From: Candidatus Altimarinota bacterium
Lineage (GTDB): Bacteria > Patescibacteriota > Gracilibacteria > CAIRYL01 > GCA-016699755
Assembly (NCBI GenBank): GCA_963664295.1
Contig: OY760935.1
Coordinates: 320,001 to 384,000, forward strand
Direction of reading: 5' to 3'
DNA length: 64,000 nucleotides
Both the position numbers and the translations under genes were made by a program. Each line of letters starts with the position of its first letter. The stretch's first letter is position 1. Positions 50,636 through 60,946 of the stretch are shown one piece after another. The notes beneath the pieces are model-generated. The model worked only from the letters and a program-made list of their open reading frames with translations, did not search any database and was not told the origin of the DNA.

Positions 50636-50714
50636 CATTTTTAATGTTGAGTATTTGGCTTTGTCTAGGGCAATGAATTTTTTTTAATTGTTTTTATTTT
50701 TTGTGTTTTTTTCT

Positions 50715-50945
50715 GTCATCCTGAGCGAGCATTTAGGCGAAGCGAAGGATCTCCCGTTGTCATTACTGTTGAATTACCCAAGGCAGTGTTTGAGCACAAT
50801 GGACAAGGAGATTGCGGGTCGTAGCCCGCAATGACAAGATAGGACTTGAGCACATGGACAAGAAGATTCTTCGCTTCATTGCGCTCAAAATGACATCCTC
50901 GTGGATTACCATGTCCTCTATTCTTGGTGTCGTCCTCATAATGAC
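50715..50945. repeat. Cluster of GTCAT...ATCT / AGAT...ATGAC REP-like palindromic elements
   Basis: gtcatcctgagc...gcgaaggatct (50715-50752) with inverse partner agattcttcgc...gctcaaaatgac (50864-50894); agattgcgggtcgtagcccgcaatgac; ggattaccatgtc...cctcataatgac. Confidence 0.75.
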
Positions 50946-50971
50946 GACTTCTTTTATTTAATTGTCACAAT

Positions 50972-51001
50972 AAAAAAGAGGCTCATACAAAGCCTCTTTT
51001 T
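50972..51001 (-). terminator. fusA terminator
   Basis: aaaaaagaggct-loop-agcctcttttt. Confidence 0.75.
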
Positions 51002-51023
51002 AAAAACAAATTATAAATAATTC

Positions 51024-53102
51024 TTACTCAGCATTACCAGTACCTCTTGATTCTTTAATTTTTTCAGCAACATCATTAGGCACCTTAGAATAATGATCAA
51101 ACTCCATAGTATAGTTAGCACGGCCTTGAGAAAGAGAACGAAGATCAGTAGCATAACCAAACATGGAAGCCAAAGGCACTTTAGCAGTGACAACCTTAGC
51201 CTTACCTCTATCAGTCATTTCCTGAATTTGACCACGACGAGAATTGAGATCGCCAATTACATCACCCATATATTCTTCTGGAGTGACAACCTCAACTGCC
51301 ATAACTGGTTCCAAAATAACAGGATTTGCCATCTTAGCACCTTTTTGAAAGGCAATAGAAGCGGCCGCCTTAAATGCAAATTCAGAAGAATCAACATCAT
51401 GGTAAGAACCATCTTTAAGTGTCACCTTAACATCAACAACTGGATAGCCAGCAACAACACCACGAGTCATAGCTTCTTTTACACCTTTATCAACTGCAGG
51501 AATATATTCATTTGGAATACGGCCACCAACCACTTTATTAACAAATTCATAGTCTTTACCTGGTTCTTGTGGTTCAATTGTCATCAAAACATGACCATAT
51601 TGACCGCGACCACCAGTTTGTTTTGAGTATTTTTCTTCAATATCAATTGGTTTTTGAATTGTTTCTCTGTAAGCAACCTGTGGAGCACCGATATTAGCTT
51701 CAACTTTAAATTCTCTCTTCATGCGATCAACAAGTACATCAAGATGAAGCTCACCCATACCTCTAATAATTGTTTGACCTGTTTCTTCGTCAGTATGAAC
51801 ACGGAAAGTTGGATCTTCTTCAGCTAACTTCTGAAGAGCAATACCCATTTTTTCTTGATCTGCTTTTGTTTTTGGCTCAATAGCAATGGCGATAACAGGC
51901 TCTGGGAAAGTAATTTCCTCTAAAACAATTGGAGCGCCTTCTTCATTAAGAGTATCACCAGTACGACTATCTTTTAGTCCCACAATAGCGCCAATATCAC
52001 CAGCGCCAATAGTGTCAATTTCTTCACGAGAGTTAGCATGCATACGAACCAAACGACCAATTCTTTCTTTTTTATCATTAGTTGAGTTGATCACATAAGA
52101 TCCGCTTTTAAGAACACCAGAATAAACACGCACAAAACAAAGTTTTCCAATAAATGGATCAGTAGCAATTTTAAACACTACTGCAGCGAGTTTATCATCG
52201 TCAGATGGTTTTCTTTCTTCATCTTTTTCTGTTTTTGGATTAGTTCCTGTAATAGTTCCAATATCCAAAGGAGAAGGAAGATAATCATTTACTGCATCAA
52301 GCATAGCTTGTACGCCAGCATTTTTAAGTGAACTTCCACAAAGAACAAGATAAATTTCATTTTTAACTACACCTTTTCTAAGTGCTTTTTTGATTTCATC
52401 TACACTAACTTCTTCGCCACCAAGATATTTTTCCATTACTGCGTCATCAAAATCAGCAGCAGTTTCAATAATTTTTTCACGAGCAGTAGCAACTTGATCC
52501 GCCATATCAGCAGGAATATCAATGCCTTTTACATTCTCACCATGTTGACCTTCAAATGTATATGCTTTTTGCTCAATAAGATCAATAAGACCAGTAAAAT
52601 CATTTTCAGCACCAATTGGTAATTGAATAGCAATTGCTCTATCGGAAAGGCGAGTGTGAATTGATTTTAAAGACATATCAAAATCAGCCCCCATTTTGTC
52701 CATTTTATTAACAAAAGCAATACGAGGAACACGATATTTATCAGCTTGTCTCCATACTGTTTCAGATTGTGGCTCAACACCTTGAGAGCCATCAAAAACA
52801 ATCACACCACCATCAAGAACACGCAAAGAGCGCTCAACCTCAGCAGTAAAGTCCACATGCCCTGGAGTGTCAATAATATTAATTGTGCAATCTTTCCATT
52901 TACAGAAAGTAGCAGCAGAAGTAATGGTGATACCACGCTCTTTTTCTTGTTCCATCCAGTCCATTTGTGATTCACCATCATGAGTTTCGCCGATTTTATG
53001 AGTACGACCAGCATAAAATAATATGCGTTCTGTTGTCGTAGTTTTACCAGCATCAATATGGGCAATAATCCCGATATTTCTATGGTTTTGTAAGTCTTTC
53101 AT
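51024..53102 (-). CDS. fusA: Elongation factor G
   Basis: [46 protein letters not shown]. Confidence 0.97.
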   Translation of the reverse strand: MKDLQNHRNIGIIAHIDAGKTTTTERILFYAGRTHKIGETHDGESQMDWMEQEKERGITITSAATFCKWKDCTINIIDTPGHVDFTAEVERSLRVLDGGVIVFDGSQGVEPQSETVWRQADKYRVPRIAFVNKMDKMGADFDMSLKSIHTRLSDRAIAIQLPIGAENDFTGLIDLIEQKAYTFEGQHGENVKGIDIPADMADQVATAREKIIETAADFDDAVMEKYLGGEEVSVDEIKKALRKGVVKNEIYLVLCGSSLKNAGVQAMLDAVNDYLPSPLDIGTITGTNPKTEKDEERKPSDDDKLAAVVFKIATDPFIGKLCFVRVYSGVLKSGSYVINSTNDKKERIGRLVRMHANSREEIDTIGAGDIGAIVGLKDSRTGDTLNEEGAPIVLEEITFPEPVIAIAIEPKTKADQEKMGIALQKLAEEDPTFRVHTDEETGQTIIRGMGELHLDVLVDRMKREFKVEANIGAPQVAYRETIQKPIDIEEKYSKQTGGRGQYGHVLMTIEPQEPGKDYEFVNKVVGGRIPNEYIPAVDKGVKEAMTRGVVAGYPVVDVKVTLKDGSYHDVDSSEFAFKAAASIAFQKGAKMANPVILEPVMAVEVVTPEEYMGDVIGDLNSRRGQIQEMTDRGKAKVVTAKVPLASMFGYATDLRSLSQGRANYTMEFDHYSKVPNDVAEKIKESRGTGNAE

Positions 53103-53207
53103 TGTGTTTTTTCGATAAATAAAATTACTGGATTATCTTTGCACAAGATAAGTAATTTGTCGAGAGGTTTTTTTGTGCTAATATCTTGTTTGAATATTTT
53201 TAGAAAC

Positions 53208-54275
53208 ATGAATAAAAAAATAGCAATTTTAGCAGGTGACGGCATTGGTCCGGAGGTAATGGAACAAGCTGTTAGAGTGCTTAAAAAAATCGAAGAAAAA
53301 TTCGAACATAATTTTGAACTAAAAGAAGCTTTGGTTGGCGGTATAGCCATTGATAAAACCGGTGAACCATTACCAAAAGAAACAATAGAAATTTGTGAAT
53401 GGGCAGATTCTATCCTTTTTGGTTCTGTTGGTGGGCCAAAATGGGATAATCTTCCTCGTGAAAAACGCCCGGAAGTTGGCGCTCTTTTGCCTTTACGCAA
53501 ACATTTTGACCTTTTTGCAAACATTCGCCCTGCAGGTGTGCTCAAAGAGTTAGCAGACTCTTCACCATTAAAACAAAGTATAATTGGTGACGGATTTACT
53601 TTTAAAGTTATTCGTGAATTAACTGGTGGAATATATTTTGGCGAAAAAGGAGGAGACAACATAGAAGATGCCTGGGATAAAATGCGTTATACTCGGCCAG
53701 AAGTAGAGAGAATTGCTCGTCTTGGTTTTCAGATTGCAAAAAATTCTCGCAACAAATTAACCAATGTAGATAAAGCCAATGTTCTCAATGTTTCTGTTTT
53801 TTGGCGTAAAATAGTAGAAGAAATACATCAGAATGAATTTCCAGAAGTAGAACTAGAGCATTTATACATAGACAATGCAACTATGCAGATCCTCACTCGT
53901 CCACATGATTTTGATGTAATTCTTACTGGAAACATGTTTGGAGACATTCTTTCTGACGAAGCTGCTCAAGTTTCCGGCTCTATTGGTATGCAAGCTAGCG
54001 CTAGCTTAAACTCAGATAATTTTGGCTTATATGAACCGATGGGAGGAAGTGCACCAGACATCGCAGGACAAGGAATTGCTAATCCTTTGGCACAAATTGG
54101 TTGTATTGCCTTAATGCTAGAGACTTCTTTTGGCTTACTCGAAGAAGCAAGTGCTCTTAAAAAAGCTATTCTTAAAACTCTTCAAGACGGCTACAGAACA
54201 GGGGATATATATTCCGAAGGTACAAAAAAAGTAGGAACAAAAGAAATCACAGATTTAATCTTGGAAAGAATTTAG
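53208..54275 (+). CDS. leuB: 3-isopropylmalate dehydrogenase
   Basis: GDGIGPEV, GSVGGPKW, RELTGGIYFG, DKANVL, NMFGDILSD, GSAPDIAG; start ATG 53208. Confidence 0.93.
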   Translation: MNKKIAILAGDGIGPEVMEQAVRVLKKIEEKFEHNFELKEALVGGIAIDKTGEPLPKETIEICEWADSILFGSVGGPKWDNLPREKRPEVGALLPLRKHFDLFANIRPAGVLKELADSSPLKQSIIGDGFTFKVIRELTGGIYFGEKGGDNIEDAWDKMRYTRPEVERIARLGFQIAKNSRNKLTNVDKANVLNVSVFWRKIVEEIHQNEFPEVELEHLYIDNATMQILTRPHDFDVILTGNMFGDILSDEAAQVSGSIGMQASASLNSDNFGLYEPMGGSAPDIAGQGIANPLAQIGCIALMLETSFGLLEEASALKKAILKTLQDGYRTGDIYSEGTKKVGTKEITDLILERI

Positions 54276-56596
54276 TTTTCCTTTACTGTTTTTCCTAAAT
54301 CATCTTTACAAAAAGCACTAAATTGTTTTTTTAACTCAAAAAACATAAGCTCCCTTTCTTTTTCTAAAGGATCTTTAGTGTTTTTTATGTTTTCAAATAA
54401 ATCTCGTTGAGTACAGTCGTTTGTCTCAAAAAATTGTTCAATAAATTCAGCAACTATCAAATCTTCTTCTGTAGTCTCTCTTTCGTCATTATGCTGATTT
54501 ACAAGGTCGTTATTATAACGAATATCCATCAAAAAAGCTTGAGCAATTTCGGGGTCAAAATTCTTACCAGCACCATCAATTAAAATTTCAACAACTTTCC
54601 ACAAAGGCAATGCGCCTTCTCGATATGGTCTATGTTGATCTCTTGTAGCATCAAAAACATCACAAATAGCCATAATTCTGCCATTTAAAGGAATTTCTCT
54701 ACCTTTAGTGCAATTTGGATATCCTTTACTATCCCATCGTTCGTGATGATAAAGTGCAATTTCAGAAGCAATGTAGGCAATGCTCTCTTTGTTATCACCA
54801 GTCACTTCCATCAACATGTCATAACCTTCTTGTGGGTGTTTTTTCATTATTTCCCACTCATTACCTGTTAATTTGCCAGGCTTATTTAATATTGATTTTG
54901 ATATGCTATTTTTACCTATATCATGCGCCATAGCCGCTATTCCTATTCTGCGAGCAAATCTCTCAGAAGATCCACATTTTTGACAAAGTCGATCAACCAA
55001 AAAACGAGTTCTAGTTAAGTGTCCTGCTGTTATCTGATCTTTTCCTTCAATAACACGAACAAGACAAGAAATCATATCTTGTTGCTGTTTTTCATTCTCC
55101 TCTGCTAATTGTTCTATTTCTGTTAAAAGCTCAAAGGTTGTCATAGTTATTTGCTCATGTATTTCACTAATATTTTCTAGAGCCATTTCATTGCCTATTT
55201 TTTCTGCTAACTCACGAGCTTCTTTAATATAATCAACCGCAGTAGCAACAGAAGAAAAGCTTTTTTGATGAAGATAGTGCTTACTTATCTGCCTACAAAT
55301 TTCCAAAAAGTCTCTTGTATTATCTTCCACTATTGTTTCTTGAAAAAATCCACCATTCGCGATTTGTTCATCATAAAACTCCTTGGCTTTTTGATAACAA
55401 TATTTAATCACATTATCTATTGCTTCTTTATTAAGATTAAATATTTTTAATAACTCCTCACCATCTTGAGATAAAATAGCAACTAAAGTGTTAATAATAT
55501 TGAGTAAATTTGAATGAACATAATCTTCTGGAGAATTGAGTAATTTTTTTAACTGAGTTAAAAAATCACCATTTTCATCTAAGTCAGCAAAATGAGCAAC
55601 AGTTAAAACATCATTTTTAATATCTAAAGCTTCTTCAGGAGTAAATTCTCTTTTTTCTTTTTGAACAACACCAATACGTGCATACAAACAAGAACAAATT
55701 AGTCTAATTTTCTCATATTTTTCTTGAATACCGCCTTCTCTTTGAGACTTAAGACAGTCTTGAATAATAGCCAGTGCCATATTTGGCTTATTTACATTCA
55801 TAGCAATAACTGCAACTTTATGATTAGCATTTATTAAGTCTTGCATTAACCTTTTTTGTTCTTGCTTATCGTCTATATCTCTTGTTTTAACAGATTTATC
55901 ATTTAATTCTTGCAAAGATTCTGAAAGATTTGCCTCCGAATTATGACTTAATACAAAATCAACAAAGCGTTTTTTTATTAAAAAACTACGAATAAGTTGT
56001 ATTTTTAAACAAGTATCTGAATGTTGTTCGTCGTAATAAGTTCCGTGTTGAATAGTGCCATAATAATCACTAAGGCTTTCAAGTTCACCAATAAATTCAC
56101 CCTCACTAAGCCCCACGCTTTCATATAAAGGCTCAATAGCATGTAAAACTAATGCTTCCATTCTTTCAGGAGATATTCTTTTATAAGCATCTTCCATCAA
56201 TTCTGGCATACTGTCTATTGCTGAGATTATTTCAGGTATTCCTAAGATTAAAGTACCTTTTTCTGCAATTTCACTCATTTGTTCTCTTTTTGATGCTGAT
56301 TGTTGAATTTGTAATCTTAAATGAGCATATAAACTAATTAAATATCTTCTAAGTTCTTTTTTTTCTTCTTTATTTTTAGCTTCTATAATAGCTTTTTCTA
56401 TGTAATGAATTGCTGTATTGATTTCACCTCTTTCGTCTGCCTCAATAGCCAAAAAACGATAATAAGAAACATTCCCATAAGCCTCTTTTAATGCTGAACT
56501 AAACTCTGCTTGCATTGCATGTAAAGCAGTAATATCTGGTTGATTTTCCGGAATTTTAACAATTATCTCAGATTGCTTATCTAGTTTATTAACCAT
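54272..56596 (-). CDS. HD-GYP domain protein (cyclic dinucleotide phosphodiesterase-like) with a long helical N-terminus
   Basis: T.GH..R, AHDIGK, ILNKPGKLT..EW..MK.HP..G, HHERWDSKGYP, RIMAICDVFDA....RPYR. Confidence 0.88.
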   Translation of the reverse strand: MVNKLDKQSEIIVKIPENQPDITALHAMQAEFSSALKEAYGNVSYYRFLAIEADERGEINTAIHYIEKAIIEAKNKEEKKELRRYLISLYAHLRLQIQQSASKREQMSEIAEKGTLILGIPEIISAIDSMPELMEDAYKRISPERMEALVLHAIEPLYESVGLSEGEFIGELESLSDYYGTIQHGTYYDEQHSDTCLKIQLIRSFLIKKRFVDFVLSHNSEANLSESLQELNDKSVKTRDIDDKQEQKRLMQDLINANHKVAVIAMNVNKPNMALAIIQDCLKSQREGGIQEKYEKIRLICSCLYARIGVVQKEKREFTPEEALDIKNDVLTVAHFADLDENGDFLTQLKKLLNSPEDYVHSNLLNIINTLVAILSQDGEELLKIFNLNKEAIDNVIKYCYQKAKEFYDEQIANGGFFQETIVEDNTRDFLEICRQISKHYLHQKSFSSVATAVDYIKEARELAEKIGNEMALENISEIHEQITMTTFELLTEIEQLAEENEKQQQDMISCLVRVIEGKDQITAGHLTRTRFLVDRLCQKCGSSERFARRIGIAAMAHDIGKNSISKSILNKPGKLTGNEWEIMKKHPQEGYDMLMEVTGDNKESIAYIASEIALYHHERWDSKGYPNCTKGREIPLNGRIMAICDVFDATRDQHRPYREGALPLWKVVEILIDGAGKNFDPEIAQAFLMDIRYNNDLVNQHNDERETTEEDLIVAEFIEQFFETNDCTQRDLFENIKNTKDPLEKERELMFFELKKQFSAFCKDDLGKTVKEN

Positions 56597-56850
56597 TTGT
56601 TAAAAAAGGGGATAAATAACTAAGGTATGTTTTTATATCATAAATTAATTCTTTATTATAGAAAATAATACTTGACAATAATAATAAAATATTATACAAT
56701 ATAAACGATTTAAAAAATACATGAATCCGCCAAGCAAAACTTCAGGGTATTTCAAAAACAAAAAACAAGCTCGAAAAGTGGAACTTGGGGTTTTCTGTAT
56801 AGGCTAATTTTAAGCCAAAAAAACAAAAACAAAATTTAACCCCTAAAAAA

Positions 56851-57051
56851 ATGAGACTTGGAGTAAATGCCTTCGGAGGCAAAAAAATCCACACATGCGG
56901 TAAGGTAATCGAAGCCGCTCATCTTTTTGAAAGACCAAACAACAAACCTCCAACAAGTCCAAATGGAGTCAGAACTCTAACAAGAGAAAATTTTCAAATT
57001 CCATCTGCACAACTTGCAACAAGAGAAGGTATTTTTAATCTTGCTGCTTAA
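56851..57051 (+). CDS. 66-aa hypothetical protein ending -LAA
   Basis: ATG start, upstream TTGACA promoter (56672) and hairpins; no recognisable domain. Confidence 0.4.
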   Translation: MRLGVNAFGGKKIHTCGKVIEAAHLFERPNNKPPTSPNGVRTLTRENFQIPSAQLATREGIFNLAA

Positions 57052-59159
57052 TAAGTAATATCCATAGGATCAAGATCAATTATTAAATTTTGCGTATTTA
57101 ATTTCGCTAATATTTTCTCGGGATCAGAGGAATAAACAAAGATATTCACATTAAATTTACCATATTTAAAAGGGGTCAAAGGGGGAGCAGTGCAAACTGT
57201 TTCCTCTTTGTTAATTATTTTTTTTATCTTTTCTTCAATTTTTCGTGCTTTCAAAAAGGCTTTTTGCTGATTATCTTCACGAATAATTAGCTTTGCAATG
57301 CGCCTAAATGGGGGAAGTGTGAATTTTTTTCTTTCATCAATTATTCGTTTATAAAATTTTTCATAATTATTATTTACTATTTCTTGAATTATTTTTGAAT
57401 TTGGCATCAAAGTTTGCACAAGCGCTTCTCCATCATTATTTCCTCTGTTTGTTCTTCCAATTACCTGCGTAAGAATTTGAAAAGTTTTTTCTTCTGAACG
57501 AAAATCCGGCACCTGAAGCGAAGTGTCCGCTAAAACAACGCCAACAAGCCCAATTTGATCGGAGTCAAAACCTTTTGTCACTATCTGGGTACCAATTAAA
57601 ATATCTGCTGATCCTGCAAAAAATTCCTTAAAAATAGACTCAATATTGCCTTTTTTTATCGCATTATCCCGATCTGCCCTTAATATTTTTGCCATTGGAA
57701 ATTGATTTTTAATCAATTGTTCTATTTTTTGTGTACCAAAACCAAAAAAATCTAGCTTTGTACCTTGGCAAAATTCACATTTTTCCGGCATATAAAAAAC
57801 CCGCCCGCAATGATGACAAAATAAAAAATCCTGATCCTGTTTTTTGTGATGAACAAGGCTAATTTGACAATAAGGGCATTTTTGAGAACTTCCACAGTCT
57901 TTGCAAAAAGCCACCGAGTGCATACCACGCCTATTTAAAAACAAAATTATTTTCTTTTTTTTCTCCAAATTTTCACCAATTTTTTTAATTAAATCATGCG
58001 AAAGAGGGGAGTGCTTATTGCCTTTTATATCAATTATGCTTATTTTTGGCTGATTTTTCTTATTTTCTAGTTTAATTAAATCAATTTCACTATTTTTTGC
58101 TTTATAAAAAGTCTCAACTGCCGGTGTTGCACTGCTTAAAACCAATTTTGCTCCATATAAATCTGCAATTTTTTCTGCAAAATCATTAGTACGATAACGA
58201 GGAGATTGATCATTTTTATAAGAATTATCATGTTCCTCCTCAACCGCAATTAAGCCCAAATCCGCAAAAGGCAAAAAAAGCGCACTACGACTGCCTAAAA
58301 TAATTTTTACTTCATTTTTTTTTACCTTCCAATAAGCCTCAATTTTTTCCCTTTCTGTTAAGCGCGAATGAAAAACCAAAATATTTTTTGATTCAAAAAA
58401 CTCCTTATTTTTACGCAACATCTCAAAGGTAAGAGATATTTCCGGAGCAAGTATTAAAGCCTGTTTTTTGCTATCTGCAATTTCTGCAGATAAATAACGA
58501 ATTAAAAAACTTTTTCCTGTGCCTGGCTGACCAAAAAGCAATGATTTTTTGCTTTTTTTAAGACTTTCATAAGCACTTTTTTTGTTTTCATCAAGTTTGT
58601 GCTTCTTTTTAATCTCAATTTTTTGTTCTGTAAATTTTTCCTCAAAAACTTTTTTAATTATTCCTTTTTCTAAAAGGTTTTTAAGTACAGCAGAACTTGC
58701 CCCGGTTTCCTCTCGCACCTGATTTATTTCACTTACACCACTGTTTTTTAAATAATTTATTACTGTTTTTTGTTTTTCTCCTCGCAATTTTTCTTCTTTA
58801 TTTAATTTCAAAAAAGTTTTCACAGGAGCAAGTCCATCAGAATTCCAAATTTTTTGTGGAATAAAAAGGGAAATCACCCGTGAAAAACTAGTAAAATAAT
58901 ATTTACTAAGCCAATAAGCAAGCTCCAGTTGTTTTTCGGAAAGCAAAGGAGGAGTTAGTGGTCGCAAAACAGGTCTAGTCTCAAAACTAGGCTCTTTATT
59001 ATTTATATCAATAATTAAACCTTTTTTTTTGGAATTACGAAAAGGCACTTCAGCAATCTGTCCAACTTGCAAACGATCTTGCAAAGAAGTAGGTATTTTA
59101 AAAGTAAAACTATCTTTTCCAAATGACTTTTGCCGAAAACTAACCTCTGCGTAGTTCAT
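57048..59159 (-). CDS. priA: Primosomal protein N' (replication-restart helicase)
   Basis: G.PGTGKS, EEEHD.SYK, SATP, NRRG, CxxC Zn knuckles, GTQ...KG.D; likely start is ATG 59159. Confidence 0.92.
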   Translation of the reverse strand: MNYAEVSFRQKSFGKDSFTFKIPTSLQDRLQVGQIAEVPFRNSKKKGLIIDINNKEPSFETRPVLRPLTPPLLSEKQLELAYWLSKYYFTSFSRVISLFIPQKIWNSDGLAPVKTFLKLNKEEKLRGEKQKTVINYLKNSGVSEINQVREETGASSAVLKNLLEKGIIKKVFEEKFTEQKIEIKKKHKLDENKKSAYESLKKSKKSLLFGQPGTGKSFLIRYLSAEIADSKKQALILAPEISLTFEMLRKNKEFFESKNILVFHSRLTEREKIEAYWKVKKNEVKIILGSRSALFLPFADLGLIAVEEEHDNSYKNDQSPRYRTNDFAEKIADLYGAKLVLSSATPAVETFYKAKNSEIDLIKLENKKNQPKISIIDIKGNKHSPLSHDLIKKIGENLEKKKKIILFLNRRGMHSVAFCKDCGSSQKCPYCQISLVHHKKQDQDFLFCHHCGRVFYMPEKCEFCQGTKLDFFGFGTQKIEQLIKNQFPMAKILRADRDNAIKKGNIESIFKEFFAGSADILIGTQIVTKGFDSDQIGLVGVVLADTSLQVPDFRSEEKTFQILTQVIGRTNRGNNDGEALVQTLMPNSKIIQEIVNNNYEKFYKRIIDERKKFTLPPFRRIAKLIIREDNQQKAFLKARKIEEKIKKIINKEETVCTAPPLTPFKYGKFNVNIFVYSSDPEKILAKLNTQNLIIDLDPMDITY

Positions 59160-59253
59160 AACTATATTTTTGCACAAAAAAAACATAAATCCCTAAAAGC
59201 ATATTGACAAAATTAAATAAAATAATTAAATTAACTATCCGTTTTTTAAAATT

Positions 59254-59937
59254 ATGAGCGAACCAGGGAAAGAATTAGTGCCAGCAGGAGCAGAAAATGC
59301 ATTAGCGCAACTTGATCAAGTCGAACTAAAAACTCCTGAAGAATTTACACAAATAATTGCCTGTGTTCAAGGAACTGTACCAGAAGTAATAAAAGAGGGA
59401 GTAATTACTAAAATTTCAAAAAATACTTTGGGTGCTTTTGCTGAAATATTTGAAGATAATCAAATCGAAAAAACCGATGAGCCTAAAAGTGATAATAAAG
59501 ATAAAAGTGTTATAGGTTTTGGAGGACACAGACTTTTATCACCAAATCTCAAAAAATCGGATGAACCAGCACTAACATTTGGATCATTAGCAGAAATAGA
59601 CTGGCTTCCAGGAGAACTTGTTGTTTATTTTGCAGAAGAAATAAACAAATTATTAAAATCAGTTAACAGAATTGTTGAACAAGCTCAAGAAGACATTGAA
59701 GACGGAGAAGATGTTGATGTGGAAGAAATTAATGAAAAAATATTAAAAAAAATTAAAAAATTCTTTGAAAACAATTGGCAAGAAATATCAGACTTAATGA
59801 TTATTAAGAGACTAGGAAAAGAAAAAATTGCCCTAATGAATAAGGCCTTAGAAGAAGCCTGTAAAGAAAATAGTATTACACTGGGAACACTTTATGAAAG
59901 CTTCTTCCATGCCTCACTCAAGAAAAATAAAGAATAA
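59254..59937 (+). CDS. Hypothetical acidic protein
   Basis: 227-aa ORF with a TTGACA-17-TAAATT promoter upstream. Confidence 0.6.
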   Translation: MSEPGKELVPAGAENALAQLDQVELKTPEEFTQIIACVQGTVPEVIKEGVITKISKNTLGAFAEIFEDNQIEKTDEPKSDNKDKSVIGFGGHRLLSPNLKKSDEPALTFGSLAEIDWLPGELVVYFAEEINKLLKSVNRIVEQAQEDIEDGEDVDVEEINEKILKKIKKFFENNWQEISDLMIIKRLGKEKIALMNKALEEACKENSITLGTLYESFFHASLKKNKE

Positions 59938-59939
59938 TC

Positions 59940-60893
59940 TTATTCCTCCATTTTCTTCAAAAATTCAAATAAATCATCAGGCAGGGGAGCAGTAAACACT
60001 CTTTTTTTCTTTTCTCCAGGCAATGTCAGAGCCAATTTTTCTGCGTGCAAAAACATGCGAGGAATTTTTACTTCCAAAGTTTGTTCCAATTTTTTATCAT
60101 CTTTGCCTTTATTGTATTTACTATCTCCAACAATCGGATAACCAATAGAAGTCAAATGAACCCTGATTTGATGTGTTCTGCCAGTATCTATTTTTACTTT
60201 CAATAAAGCATTTTTTGCAAATTCTTTGCTAATTTCATAGTGACTTATTGCTTGTTTACCTTGTTTGTTGCCAGTTGCAATCCACATTTTTTGTCGATTG
60301 TGTGGAGCGCGAACAATTGGCGCATCTATTGTTGCAGTTTTGTGTTGCGGAATGCCATGAACAAGCGCTAAATACGACTTTTCTACCAATCTCAAAGAAA
60401 ACTGATCCGCAAGATTTAAATGAGCTTTGTCATTTTTTGCCATCACAATAACCCCAGAAGTATCTTTATCTAATCTGTGCACAACTCCCGGACGAATAAC
60501 GCCACCGACAGAAGAAAGCTTTTTGCCTTTTAAATAACCCAAAACCGCATTAACAAGAGTACCGTTTTTGTGTGTAGGATCAGGGTGCACAACCATACCC
60601 GCAGATTTATTGATAATCAACAAATCCTCATTTTCAAATAAGATATCCAAAGGAATATTTTCAGGTTCAATTTTTGTTTCCTTTGGTTCTTCTTCTGTTT
60701 CTATTATAATTTTTATGCCCATTGCTGGAATTTCTGTGCCTGCTTTAATGGCTTTTGGGCTTACTAAATCAACTTTTTGCCTTTTAATAAGAGCTTGCGC
60801 CTTGTTTCTAGAAATATCCAAACTCTCAGCAATAAAAACATCTAGTCTTTTGCCAATATCTTCCTCTTCTGTAATAAAAACTTGTTTCTGCAT
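59940..60893 (-). CDS. rluD: RluA-family pseudouridine synthase (RluD-like)
   Basis: S4-like N-terminus; NK.AGMVVHP, VHRLDKDTSG, TGRTHQIRVH. Confidence 0.88.
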   Translation of the reverse strand: MQKQVFITEEEDIGKRLDVFIAESLDISRNKAQALIKRQKVDLVSPKAIKAGTEIPAMGIKIIIETEEEPKETKIEPENIPLDILFENEDLLIINKSAGMVVHPDPTHKNGTLVNAVLGYLKGKKLSSVGGVIRPGVVHRLDKDTSGVIVMAKNDKAHLNLADQFSLRLVEKSYLALVHGIPQHKTATIDAPIVRAPHNRQKMWIATGNKQGKQAISHYEISKEFAKNALLKVKIDTGRTHQIRVHLTSIGYPIVGDSKYNKGKDDKKLEQTLEVKIPRMFLHAEKLALTLPGEKKKRVFTAPLPDDLFEFLKKMEE

Positions 60894-60946
60894 ATTGAAA
60901 ATATACAGAATTTATGGGAAAATTTAAAAGAAAATTTTATTAAAAG

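Noticed and set aside
56725-56760. GCAAAACTTCAGGGT next to an HD-GYP gene as a GEMM riboswitch
   Set aside because: No first GNRA hairpin or tetraloop receptor, and it is oriented away from the HD-GYP gene
56851-57051. tmRNA, suggested by the LAA-stop ending
   Set aside because: No tRNA-like 5'/3' ends or T-arm, and the stop overlaps the priA end
59761-59772. Further boxA-like TTCTTTGAAAA hits (also at 30211)
   Set aside because: They lie inside coding frames with no promoter or stem context, which shows the motif alone can arise by chance
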